34,387 nt of DNA from a virus (taxonomy: Duplodnaviria > Caudoviricetes). The DNA lies in IMG/VR virus record IMGVR_UViG_3300032249_000242, positions 1 to 34,387 of that record. One strand, 5' to 3'. Every line of letters starts with the position of its first letter. Within the stretch, counting starts at the first letter, position 1. Below are positions 16,350-25,389 of the stretch, one piece after another. The position numbers and the translations under genes were made by a program. Under the pieces are notes generated by a model. That model was not told where the DNA came from, made no database searches, and saw nothing but the letters and a program-made list of their open reading frames with translations.

Positions 16350-17446
16350 TGACTGCATATGAAAGCGCTGCTGGAGGATTGCTTGGTCCAAGAAACACTC
16401 CCCGAAATACTATTGCTCCGTATCAAGCTTTAAAGAACCCGTTTAAACTGATTACAAATGCAGGTATTTCTAAAGAAGCGTACTTTAGAAGCCAAAGTAT
16501 GCAAACTGGTGGATTTAATATTGGGAATCAGAGTGGATTAAATGGGCGTAATGGCTTATGGAGAATCCTGCAAACAGATTCTGCTGGTAATACCCCTGCG
16601 TCAATAGACTCCGCAACTGCTCTGTGGTCAAAATCGCAAGCATATAAAGGTGTAATTTCTGCGTCTGTCCACAAAGAAGCTATGCCAGCAACAGACGACA
16701 AAGACGCAGCCAAGACAGTGCCTTTGCCATCGCCAGAAAGTTTTGACAACGTTAACTACGGGTTCCAATTTCACTACAATCCGGGGTCTCTATCTATGGC
16801 ATATGGCGGTCCTCAGCCAGTAGACGTTTCTCTTATGGCTAGTGGTCGTGAGAAGTTCTTAACATTTGGCTCGGCTTCTGGGTCTGGAACAATAGGTATT
16901 CAGCTTATCCTTAACCGTATTAATGACATGAAATACTTTGACCCAGCTACGGGAAGATTAAAGGCTGGAGTAAGTCCAAATGTTTTTTCAGGACGACCCC
17001 CTAGTACTCAAGAGCTTAGTGACATCTATAACAGGGGCACCATGTACGACATGGAGTTTTTGTTTAGAACTCTTTTGGGTTACGCTTACGAAAGCTTCCT
17101 TGGTAGAGGAATGAGCTGGGATAAGAAGACTGCCGACTTAGGTTGGCTAGGTGGTAAGCCCGTAGAAATTCACTTAGGAAAATCTCTCAGGTACTTAGGT
17201 CGTGTAGTAAGTCTAGACATTACTCACGTTCTATTTACTGAACGAATGGTGCCCACGTTTAGCGAAGTATCCATTGGAATCCAGCGCATTCCTGACTTAA
17301 CAGCATCCTTGACTCCTACTGCAAGTACCTCTACTTCAGCTCCAACCTCCAAAGTAGAGTACACAAATGGAATTGCAAACTCGGTATTCACTAATGAATT
17401 TGGACAAACAGTAACCAAACCAATTTTTGATGGAACGTTCGGATAA
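16349..17446 (+). CDS. baseplate tube-initiator-like protein
   Basis: Follows the tape measure. GFQFHYNPGSL and YLGRVVSLDITHVLFTERMVP are typical of tube-fold initiators. Confidence 0.6.
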   Translation: MTAYESAAGGLLGPRNTPRNTIAPYQALKNPFKLITNAGISKEAYFRSQSMQTGGFNIGNQSGLNGRNGLWRILQTDSAGNTPASIDSATALWSKSQAYKGVISASVHKEAMPATDDKDAAKTVPLPSPESFDNVNYGFQFHYNPGSLSMAYGGPQPVDVSLMASGREKFLTFGSASGSGTIGIQLILNRINDMKYFDPATGRLKAGVSPNVFSGRPPSTQELSDIYNRGTMYDMEFLFRTLLGYAYESFLGRGMSWDKKTADLGWLGGKPVEIHLGKSLRYLGRVVSLDITHVLFTERMVPTFSEVSIGIQRIPDLTASLTPTASTSTSAPTSKVEYTNGIANSVFTNEFGQTVTKPIFDGTFG

Positions 17447-17454
17447 GAGGAAAC

Positions 17455-17733
17455 ATGATTTATACAGACAGCAGATATGCTAATAGTTCTTTTTCAAAGA
17501 CCTATAGCGCTAAGCGTGAGACATACAATCTCTCGGTTATGCGAACGTTTCCTACTGACCAATCAAACTTTTACTATTATAGCTGGCGAGAGCGTGACCG
17601 AATTGAAAACGTTGCTGCAAGGCTTTTGGGTGATGCCAATCAGTGGTGGCGAATAATGGACTACAACCCAGAGCTTATAGACCCAGTTAACATCCCTGTA
17701 GGTTCTACGATTAGGATTCCATCAAGTGAATAG
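17455..17733 (+). CDS. LysM / tail-X-like baseplate protein
   Basis: DRIENVAARLLGDANQWWRIMDYNPELIDP..IPVGSTIRIP. Confidence 0.85.
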   Translation: MIYTDSRYANSSFSKTYSAKRETYNLSVMRTFPTDQSNFYYYSWRERDRIENVAARLLGDANQWWRIMDYNPELIDPVNIPVGSTIRIPSSE

Positions 17734-18985
17734 CTTTAAGTACCGTAGAAGTACATTCTATAAGGTTACTTTTCCTACTGCGCCTTCTTTGAAGGCAGCG
17801 CCTACTTCTGTAGAGCTAAAGCAAGAAAAGGGTTCACACGACATTTTAACTCTTAAGTTTAAGCGCCCTAGCGCGTTTTGGTTTCAGGTGTTAAAAACTG
17901 GAACTCCTGTGGTTTTCAATTGGAATCAAAATGGGATAGTAAACGCATGGGCTGGGTATGTTAACGTCGTTTCTAAACAAACTGCAAGCCAAGTTGAGCA
18001 AGAGTTCAAAATAGTATGCGTGGGAACAAGCTACGTGCTAAAGACAAAGAGTCAACGCGTATTTAAAAACACCACGATTACTGAAGCGGTTGAAGTAATT
18101 GCCAAAGAGTTTAACTTTAGATTTGTTGGGGTGCCCACTTCTCGTAGATTTGAAACTTTAGCTATTGCGGGCCAAAGCTACTGGGAGTGGTTGCAACAGC
18201 AAGCTAGCCGTATTGGGTACACGTGCATGGTTAAAAACGGAACTTTATACTTCACTCCAGTAGATAACTTAATTACTAGGTTTATATCTAATTCCTCAGT
18301 TTTAGCAGCAGAGCCTGTAGCTACGCCTAGTGACGGAAAAGTTTTTGATAGAACTTTGGATTCTTTTACTGTACTAAATAGCGATTATTTAGACCACAAC
18401 TTGTTGCCCCAACGTACGGCAAGAGTAACTTCAGGGGTTAATCCTGTTACTGGGCAAGTTTTTGGAGCAAGCTCATCGCCAAATAGACATGGCACGGCAT
18501 TGCGCCAAAAAGAAACTCCTACTTTATTTTCTGCTTACTCTGAAGAAGTGGTGCACAGCTCGACATCCGCTAGGTACGCCGCATATGAGGAAGCCCGTGC
18601 AGTCCAGTTCTCCACAGTTGCCCATGTTATTGGTCAAGGCGACCCTCGAATGCACCCTTACTCAACGGTACTTGTACAGGGAACTGGGACAGAAACGGAC
18701 GGCTACTGGGTAATAGCAAGCGTCACTCACACTTTTGCATTTACTGGACAGTACTCCATTGAAGGCAGAGTAATGTCTGATGGTCTTGGAAAAACTATAA
18801 GTACCGCAGTAAGAAAGCCAGACGGCAATACACACGGAACGGTAAACTTGACTACGGCTGCCCTTAGCGGTTTACGGTCCAATGAGGCGGCTGCAACTCC
18901 TCTTAGGCTTATCTCTAAGACGCCTATTTATGTGGAATCTCAGCAAGGTTTTAGTCAACTTGGAACGGTTTGGAGTGGAAGATAA
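17726..18985 (+). CDS. baseplate hub protein (gp27/GpD-like)
   Basis: GQSYWEWLQQQASRIGY, GTLYF, GDPRMHP..TV.VQG.G...DGYWVIASVTH. Confidence 0.8.
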   Translation: MNSFKYRRSTFYKVTFPTAPSLKAAPTSVELKQEKGSHDILTLKFKRPSAFWFQVLKTGTPVVFNWNQNGIVNAWAGYVNVVSKQTASQVEQEFKIVCVGTSYVLKTKSQRVFKNTTITEAVEVIAKEFNFRFVGVPTSRRFETLAIAGQSYWEWLQQQASRIGYTCMVKNGTLYFTPVDNLITRFISNSSVLAAEPVATPSDGKVFDRTLDSFTVLNSDYLDHNLLPQRTARVTSGVNPVTGQVFGASSSPNRHGTALRQKETPTLFSAYSEEVVHSSTSARYAAYEEARAVQFSTVAHVIGQGDPRMHPYSTVLVQGTGTETDGYWVIASVTHTFAFTGQYSIEGRVMSDGLGKTISTAVRKPDGNTHGTVNLTTAALSGLRSNEAAATPLRLISKTPIYVESQQGFSQLGTVWSGR

Positions 18986-19413
18986 TGGCTATACGTCAAA
19001 TACGTGAACTAACAATTTCCCTACCTTTTAGAATCGATGAGTATGGGACTATTGCTGCGACCGTCGACCAGTCAAAGATTTGGGCTGACCGTGTTAGAGG
19101 AGTAATTGGTACGGCAATTGGCGAAAGAGTTTACAGACCTGAGTTTGGCTGCGCTGCAGCTACATCAGTATTTGAAACTGAGGAAGAAACAGAAGCTATT
19201 TTAACAACTGAAATTAGAAACGCATTTTTAGATTATCTACCGTTATGTTCGCTAGAAGATGTAGTGGTGGTAGTTGACGAGCAGACTCGGGTTGTTAACG
19301 CGGAAGTAACTTACACTCCGCCTAACTCAAACACTTTTTCACTCCAAGTCGGAGTAGCAACAATCAATGGCGACCAACCAATTAGTGAGGAAATCACATG
19401 GCGACCCCTATAA
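18985..19413 (+). CDS. gp25/GpW-like baseplate wedge protein
   Basis: ISLPFRI, GTAIGERVYRPEFGC; TAATG-coupled start at 18985. Confidence 0.9.
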   Translation: MAIRQIRELTISLPFRIDEYGTIAATVDQSKIWADRVRGVIGTAIGERVYRPEFGCAAATSVFETEEETEAILTTEIRNAFLDYLPLCSLEDVVVVVDEQTRVVNAEVTYTPPNSNTFSLQVGVATINGDQPISEEITWRPL

Positions 19414-21275
19414 ACGAACTACCTGTAGCAGTCGACTACACTTCAAGAGACTACTTTTCTCTTAGACAAGACCTTATCAATCGTATTAAGACTCGTCTTC
19501 CAGCGTGGTCTGGGGATAACCCAGCTGACTTTGGTCTTGCGCTAGTAGAAGCGTTTGCATACATGGGTGACGTTCTTAACTACTACATTGACCGTGTAGC
19601 AAATGAATCTTACCTTCCTACTGCAACCCAGCGTCAAAGCGTCCTTAATATTGCTAAGTCTTACGGATACTTCCCTGCAGGTTACCGTGCTTCTTCACTA
19701 ACTTTGCAGCTTGTGAATTCTGGCACCACGTCGAGAACATTTCCAGCGGGAAGTCAATTTACTGCAACTATTACAGAAGAAGACACTACTTCTGAGTTGA
19801 TTTTTTCTATTGCGCAATCAGTGACAGTTGCTGCTCGTTCTGGAGGAGTCAATGGTTCGAGTACCGTTACAGCGTATCAGTATGAACAAATTGCTGACCG
19901 CCCTACTAATGCCGCTCTTGGCTCTACTGATATTTCTGGTGAACTTCTAGGTGTATCTAGCGGACTTCCTGAGCAGGTTTACCGCTTGTTTGAAAATCAA
20001 GTAGTAGAAGGCTCTGTTGAAGTTTGGGTACAAAACGGAGACGTATTTGAAAAGTGGCAAGAAGTTTCTCACATAGTGGACTATGGCCCCAACGACCCGG
20101 TGTACTCAGTAACTACTGATGCTGACAACTACGTGTACGTTACTTTTGGTGACGGTGTCTCTGGAATTATCCCGACACTAAACACTGTGTTAAAAGCCAA
20201 GTATTTAGTAGGTGGCGGGGCTAGTGGAAACATCTCTACTAATCTTGTTAGCGAGATTACGTATGTTCCGGGACTTAGCGAATCACAACTAGCTGCTCTT
20301 AGCTCAGTTGTAGACGTTACTAACACAACTGTAGGTGTAGGTGGCGCAAGCCCAGAAGACATCGCCAGTATTAAAGTGAACGCACCAAAGGCGCTTACTG
20401 CTTTGAACCGTGCGGTGTCTCTTAATGACTACGCCGCTCTATCTCTACAGGTTAATGGTGCTGGTAAAGCAAAAGCTGTAGCAGACATTTGGAGCTCCGT
20501 AACTGTGTACGTATCTCCACAAAGAAACCAAGACTCTATTGACCAATTTCCGGGGTACAGTGCTAACCCAGATGATGGGGGCGTTCTTCTTCCTGAATGG
20601 ACCAATCTTCAAACAGATGTAGAAGAGTTTCTTGTAAATAAGACTCAGTTGGGCGTTACGGTTACGGTATCACCTCCAACCTATGTACCAGTTTCTGTAG
20701 ACATTTTTTACACTAAACAAGCTCAGTACACAGAGGCTGGTATTGAAACGGCTATTACAAAAGCTATTGTTGACCGCTTTTCCTACGGCAATGCGTCTTT
20801 TAATCAGATTATTCACCCTGAGGAAATTGAGGCATTGCTTCGACAGATTCCGGGCATTTTAAATGCTAGAGTCACTGGGCTCTACCGTTCGTCAGCCAGC
20901 GCTTCTCGTGGAATCCTTATTGGTGAGCCAGATGAAATCTTTGTCTTCTTGACTGCCGATATCTCTGTAGATGCGTACTCGTCTAACGCTAGCTTGTCGG
21001 CTCTGTCTAGTAGCGCCGGAACTCTAAGCCCGACGTTTAACGCTGGTTTCTTCTCGTACTCTTTGGTAGTTCCAAACGGCACTACTTCTGTCAACCTAAC
21101 TGCAACAACTGCTAACTCTCAAGCCGTGCTTAAGGAAGGTACAACTGTTAGAACTTCGGGCACGCCATTTGCAGTGTCTACTCCTGTGGGCACTACTGCT
21201 AAAGAGCTACTTGTTATTGCAGGTGATGGAATTACTCTTAACCAATACGCAATCACTATTACACGAGTGAGCTAA
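19398..21275 (+). CDS. baseplate wedge protein (J/gp6-like) with C-terminal cadherin-like beta-sandwich
   Basis: VDYTSRDY, DFGLALVEAFAYMGD.LNYYIDR.ANE.YLPTA, FGDGVSG, RAVSLNDY. C-terminus SSNASLSAL....GTLSPTFN...SY...VPNGTTSV.LTAT...YAITITR. Confidence 0.9.
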   Translation: MATPINELPVAVDYTSRDYFSLRQDLINRIKTRLPAWSGDNPADFGLALVEAFAYMGDVLNYYIDRVANESYLPTATQRQSVLNIAKSYGYFPAGYRASSLTLQLVNSGTTSRTFPAGSQFTATITEEDTTSELIFSIAQSVTVAARSGGVNGSSTVTAYQYEQIADRPTNAALGSTDISGELLGVSSGLPEQVYRLFENQVVEGSVEVWVQNGDVFEKWQEVSHIVDYGPNDPVYSVTTDADNYVYVTFGDGVSGIIPTLNTVLKAKYLVGGGASGNISTNLVSEITYVPGLSESQLAALSSVVDVTNTTVGVGGASPEDIASIKVNAPKALTALNRAVSLNDYAALSLQVNGAGKAKAVADIWSSVTVYVSPQRNQDSIDQFPGYSANPDDGGVLLPEWTNLQTDVEEFLVNKTQLGVTVTVSPPTYVPVSVDIFYTKQAQYTEAGIETAITKAIVDRFSYGNASFNQIIHPEEIEALLRQIPGILNARVTGLYRSSASASRGILIGEPDEIFVFLTADISVDAYSSNASLSALSSSAGTLSPTFNAGFFSYSLVVPNGTTSVNLTATTANSQAVLKEGTTVRTSGTPFAVSTPVGTTAKELLVIAGDGITLNQYAITITRVS

Positions 21276-21278
21276 ACT

Positions 21279-21707
21279 TTGGAAGGAATACAGAAGCACT
21301 ACGGAATTTACAGAGGGTCTGTTTACAGTAATAAAGACCCTTTAAACCAACGTAGGCTACGTATTTTAGTTCCAGCTATTTTGGGAACTTCACCCACGCA
21401 ATGGGCTTGGCCAGTAGACCCTTCCGGAGTGCTTCTTGAAGCGCCAGATGTAAAGCAAGGTGTATGGGTTATGTTTGAAAATGGTGACCCATCATTTCCT
21501 GTTTGGGTGGGTACTTTTGGTAATTGGGTAAAAGGTACAGTTCGTCCGAGCCTGTCTAACGTAGCAACTGTTCCTGCTGGGGCTGTAACGACCACAGCCG
21601 CGGATGGAACAACCGTAGTAAAACTACTAGAAACGATTAGTGCGCTTGAACAGCGCATTGCTGACCTAGAAGCCGATATGCCTATAGCGTTACAGAACGG
21701 CCTGTAA
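21279..21707 (+). CDS. gp5/VgrG OB-fold (baseplate spike-like) protein, short
   Basis: GIYRGSV..NKDPLNQRRLRILVP, WAWP, PDVKQGVWVMFENGDPSFPVWVG. Confidence 0.85.
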   Translation: MEGIQKHYGIYRGSVYSNKDPLNQRRLRILVPAILGTSPTQWAWPVDPSGVLLEAPDVKQGVWVMFENGDPSFPVWVGTFGNWVKGTVRPSLSNVATVPAGAVTTTAADGTTVVKLLETISALEQRIADLEADMPIALQNGL

Positions 21708-21742
21708 CAGGGACAATAGAACTAGATTTTTAGGAGACTTTT

Positions 21743-22525
21743 ATGCCTGCAGTGTACCCTTCAGCAATTAAGACGTTTACCAGACGTAGAGACTTGCTGG
21801 ATGTAATTCTTGCCGCAGATGTCAACCAAGTTTATGACGAAGTCACTGAGATGCAGACTGTCATGGGCACATCCATCACTGCTAAGCCTGCTGGTTGGTC
21901 TGGCGGAACTTTTGCCACAGACACTTCTTGGTCAACTCTAAAAGCCCGCATTGAAAACATTGAAGCGGGTGTGTACGCTTCTTACAATAACCGCGTTCAG
22001 TCTTCTGGTGGAAGCACTATTACCCCAAGCTCTACCAGCACTGTAGGACTAGTCTTGCAGGCTATTTCTAGCCAGACTGCCGACCTTCTTCAGGTTAAAA
22101 ACGCTTCAAACACTACTGTTGCAAAGATTGATAAAGACGGTGCTATTAAAATTGGCTCAAACACTGTTGCTACAGTAACAGGAACTGAGACGCTAACCAA
22201 CAAAACCATTAGCGGTGCAACTAACACCCTAACCAACATTGCACCTAGCTCGGTCATTGTAACTGGTAGCACTGACATTCAAGAATACGTTGACGCTCGT
22301 CCTACCGTCTACTATCAAGGAACTGAGCCTACGGGAGTAATTGCTGGAACTATTTGGATTGACTCTTCTGCTAACGTAGACCCTTTTGACCCAAGCGGCG
22401 TAATTCTATCCGCAGACCCTTCCCCAACAAGCACGGCCAGTGGATATCGCCGTATCACTGCATCTACCTCAGCCCCTACTTCTGGAGACGGTGCCAATGG
22501 CGACGTCTGGCTACAATACGTTTAG
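21743..22525 (+). CDS. putative tail fibre / minor tail protein
   Basis: AGGAG RBS; Thr/Ser-rich; TETLTNKTI and QTADLLQ fibre-shaft motifs; ends APTSGDGANGDVWLQYV. Confidence 0.65.
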   Translation: MPAVYPSAIKTFTRRRDLLDVILAADVNQVYDEVTEMQTVMGTSITAKPAGWSGGTFATDTSWSTLKARIENIEAGVYASYNNRVQSSGGSTITPSSTSTVGLVLQAISSQTADLLQVKNASNTTVAKIDKDGAIKIGSNTVATVTGTETLTNKTISGATNTLTNIAPSSVIVTGSTDIQEYVDARPTVYYQGTEPTGVIAGTIWIDSSANVDPFDPSGVILSADPSPTSTASGYRRITASTSAPTSGDGANGDVWLQYV

Positions 22526-22532
22526 GAGATAA

Positions 22533-22838
22533 ATGACTACTTATAAAAGAGTTAAAGTATGGGACGGTACTGAATGGCAGTACGTTGGTGCCCAAATTCC
22601 TCAGGCTGTTGAAGCGTACGGTTCTGAAAGTCAGGCGCTTACTGCAGGGGCTGCTACCAAGTCTGTAACATTTACAGCCGGGGTGTTTACTTCGACCCCG
22701 CTAGTATTTACTCAGGTAACTGGCTCTAAGTCAGCCACTATCCGAGTTACTGCTACCTCTAGCGGGTTTACCGCAACTCTTGCAGGTACTGGTACTGACA
22801 CTATTACGTTTGATTGGTTTGCAATCCAGCCAGAATAA
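22533..22838 (+). CDS. small fibre-tip / lectin-like structural protein
   Basis: KVWDGTEW N-terminus; SVTF..GVFTSTPLVF...TSSGFT...FDWFAI. Confidence 0.6.
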   Translation: MTTYKRVKVWDGTEWQYVGAQIPQAVEAYGSESQALTAGAATKSVTFTAGVFTSTPLVFTQVTGSKSATIRVTATSSGFTATLAGTGTDTITFDWFAIQPE

Positions 22839-22852
22839 GGGCGGAACTATAA

Positions 22853-25123
22853 ATGGCTAAATACGGCAACATAGAGTATAAAGAAGCGTACTATGGTGAA
22901 GCACCCCGCTTTCCATTCTCTGTTGAGCCATTTAGTGCTACCGCAATTAACTACGACCGAATCCTCTTATCTTGGAGCAACCCAACAGGGGCCATTAATG
23001 GTCTGCGCCTTGTTCGTAACCAAGAAGGCTATGGAGAAACCGCCGAAGATGGTGTAGTTCTATTTGAACAGAGCGGTGACCCATCCACGTTTGGCGATAC
23101 TGTGTACGTTGACGGTGAAGATAACTTCCTAGATTCTAATCCAAGAAATGACATCGGACTAGTAAGTGGTCGCTGGACGTACTACAGCATGTGGGTTCGA
23201 CGAAGTGACAATAACATATGGGTAAAGGCAGACGACTTAGTTGTTCTTCTTCCAAAAGAACACGGGACTACTTTGCCTGATGGCAGTAACTTGCTTAGCA
23301 CTCACATTAACTTTATGGACTTGCTTCCTCGCGTCTTTATTTCAGCCGAGCAAAGCCCTTTAGGAACTATTGACCCTTCGTCTGATTTGTTTAGCTTTTT
23401 GCAAGGCATGTCGTTTACTGTAGATGAGCTGTTAACTTTGGCAGAGTTGCTGCTTCCAGACTTTTCTGGCAAGAACTATAACCCCGGTATTCTGGAACTT
23501 AAATCTCGTGAATTTGGTTTGGCTGAAGAAGAAGAGCAGGCTATCTTCCGTAAGAAGAGGATGACTCGTGAAGCTCTGTACATGTATGCTCGCAAGGGAA
23601 CTCTTCTAGGTCTTTCAACCATGATTGAGTCCTTGACCGGATTTGCTCCTAGAATTTCTTTAAGTAAGAACTTGCTGCTGTCAAACCAAGACAGCACATT
23701 CAATAAGAGCACTGGCTACTGGAGAACTATAGGCCCAGCTACCCTTTCGGTAGAGACCACTGTAATCCCACCTACTGCAGAAGCAAAGTCTATTGACGAT
23801 AGATACTGCGCCAAGTTTGTAAGCACAAATAGCTCTGCTCGAATGGAGCTTGGTTACTATCGACCAATTACTCGTGCTGTTCCTGTCAAGTTCGGACAAG
23901 ACTACAAGCTTACCTACTACGTAAAGACAGACGTTAGCGGTAGCCCAACCACTACTTCAGTTATTACGTGGCACAATAAGCGTGGTGAAGTAATTAGCAG
24001 TACTTCTGCAACATCCTCAAGCGGCGCAGGAAGTAGCTGGACAAAATTCAGCATGGCTGGAACTGCTCCCGGTAAGGTGTTTACAATTGCGTCATACAGT
24101 GTGACGTCAAATGTAGTAACAGTAGTGTTTACTGCTAACCACTCTTTCTCTGTGGGAAATGTCGTAGAGGTATCTGGTTTGGGCGTAGCACTAGACGGCA
24201 CGGAAACTGTTTTGAGTATTACCTCTAACTCTATTACTTACGGAAAAACTTCAGCAAATATAAGTTCTACTGTAGTTACCACTACGGCGACAGTTTCTAC
24301 TGACGCAGCCGCTTACGCCGCTATAGCTATATCTTTTAGTGCAGTTGGTACCTACTATGTTGACCTAATCCAGTTTGCAGAGTCTACTTCTGCTAACCCT
24401 AACCCTGCTTATGAAGAAGCCCGTGCGGTTAACATTTTCTTAGAGTCAAGTAAAGAGAACTACATTAAAAACCCATCGTTTGACGGAACTGTTGCTGGAT
24501 GGACTATTACAGGTGAAGACTCCTTTGAGTACACCGACAGCACTTTGCCCTACTTGTTTGTTGGCGACAGTATGCTGGCAGTCACCCTTGATACTTCAGA
24601 AGTAGTCATCTCTGCAGAGACTGCTGTAGGAGATAAGCCTGTAGATAAATCTTACGTATTTTCTACTCACCTAAGCGTTGATACTGGCACCGAAACCGTT
24701 ATTTTACGGGTTACTGCTACTGACGGAACTAAGACCGTAACAGCTTCAAGCCAGCCAGTAGTGGTTAGGAATACGTGGAGCCGACCATCTGTCGAAGTAT
24801 ATGTAGACGAGACCTTTAATACAGACTTACTTGAGTTTTTAGTTGAAGTTGTTGTAGAGGACCCTAACGGTAACGTGCTGTACTTAGATGCTGCGCAGCT
24901 TGAAGAGGCGTACCAACCGAGTGACTACTTCGACGGCTCCTTTCCACCTGAGACCGGAATCACTTGGTCTGGAACAGCAAACAACTCCAGCTCTCACGCT
25001 TACCCAAATAAGCAAGTAAAGATTATTAGATTGATTCAGGAACTAGAAAGTTATTTGCCTTCTAATACTCCATACTTTGTGACTAGTTACGCTGGCACGG
25101 ACGTAACTGGTATTACAATGTAG
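22853..25123 (+). CDS. baseplate/tail protein (P2 gpI-like core with carbohydrate-binding-like domains)
   Basis: MDLLPRVF, LYMYARKGTLLGL..MIESLTGF, NLLLSNQDSTF, NYIKNPSFD...GW, LYLDAAQLE.....SDYFDGS. Confidence 0.7.
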   Translation: MAKYGNIEYKEAYYGEAPRFPFSVEPFSATAINYDRILLSWSNPTGAINGLRLVRNQEGYGETAEDGVVLFEQSGDPSTFGDTVYVDGEDNFLDSNPRNDIGLVSGRWTYYSMWVRRSDNNIWVKADDLVVLLPKEHGTTLPDGSNLLSTHINFMDLLPRVFISAEQSPLGTIDPSSDLFSFLQGMSFTVDELLTLAELLLPDFSGKNYNPGILELKSREFGLAEEEEQAIFRKKRMTREALYMYARKGTLLGLSTMIESLTGFAPRISLSKNLLLSNQDSTFNKSTGYWRTIGPATLSVETTVIPPTAEAKSIDDRYCAKFVSTNSSARMELGYYRPITRAVPVKFGQDYKLTYYVKTDVSGSPTTTSVITWHNKRGEVISSTSATSSSGAGSSWTKFSMAGTAPGKVFTIASYSVTSNVVTVVFTANHSFSVGNVVEVSGLGVALDGTETVLSITSNSITYGKTSANISSTVVTTTATVSTDAAAYAAIAISFSAVGTYYVDLIQFAESTSANPNPAYEEARAVNIFLESSKENYIKNPSFDGTVAGWTITGEDSFEYTDSTLPYLFVGDSMLAVTLDTSEVVISAETAVGDKPVDKSYVFSTHLSVDTGTETVILRVTATDGTKTVTASSQPVVVRNTWSRPSVEVYVDETFNTDLLEFLVEVVVEDPNGNVLYLDAAQLEEAYQPSDYFDGSFPPETGITWSGTANNSSSHAYPNKQVKIIRLIQELESYLPSNTPYFVTSYAGTDVTGITM

Positions 25124-25126
25124 GTT

Positions 25127-25378
25127 ATGGACCTACTACTAATCGCAATAATCTCAGGCATGGCCGTTGGCTACATCACGGAACTTCTTGCCAAGTACCT
25201 CTTTCCAACTTTTGTCAAGGTGGGCTTGACTTTACCTTTAGCAGCTCTTTCAGGCTGGATTCTCGGTATTCAGGACATTCGACTGGCAGTCGTTGCTCCT
25301 GCAGCTGGATTTTTTGCTCTGATTGTACTTTCTCTAATTTCTCGGCCTGTCGTGGTAGATAGGCAACCAAGGCGATAA
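25127..25378 (+). CDS. small membrane protein, possible holin
   Basis: 83 aa with about three hydrophobic segments and a basic C-terminus, at the end of the structural module. Confidence 0.55.
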   Translation: MDLLLIAIISGMAVGYITELLAKYLFPTFVKVGLTLPLAALSGWILGIQDIRLAVVAPAAGFFALIVLSLISRPVVVDRQPRR

Positions 25379-25389
25379 GATATCGCTCT

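Noticed and set aside
10345-25123. Extracellular contractile injection system (eCIS/tailocin) interpretation of the tail cluster
   Set aside because: The sheath, tube, cap and baseplate resemble eCIS parts, but the cluster is flanked by head-joining-like genes and a full phage replisome, and has no Afp15-like ATPase or host genes. A phage is the simpler reading.
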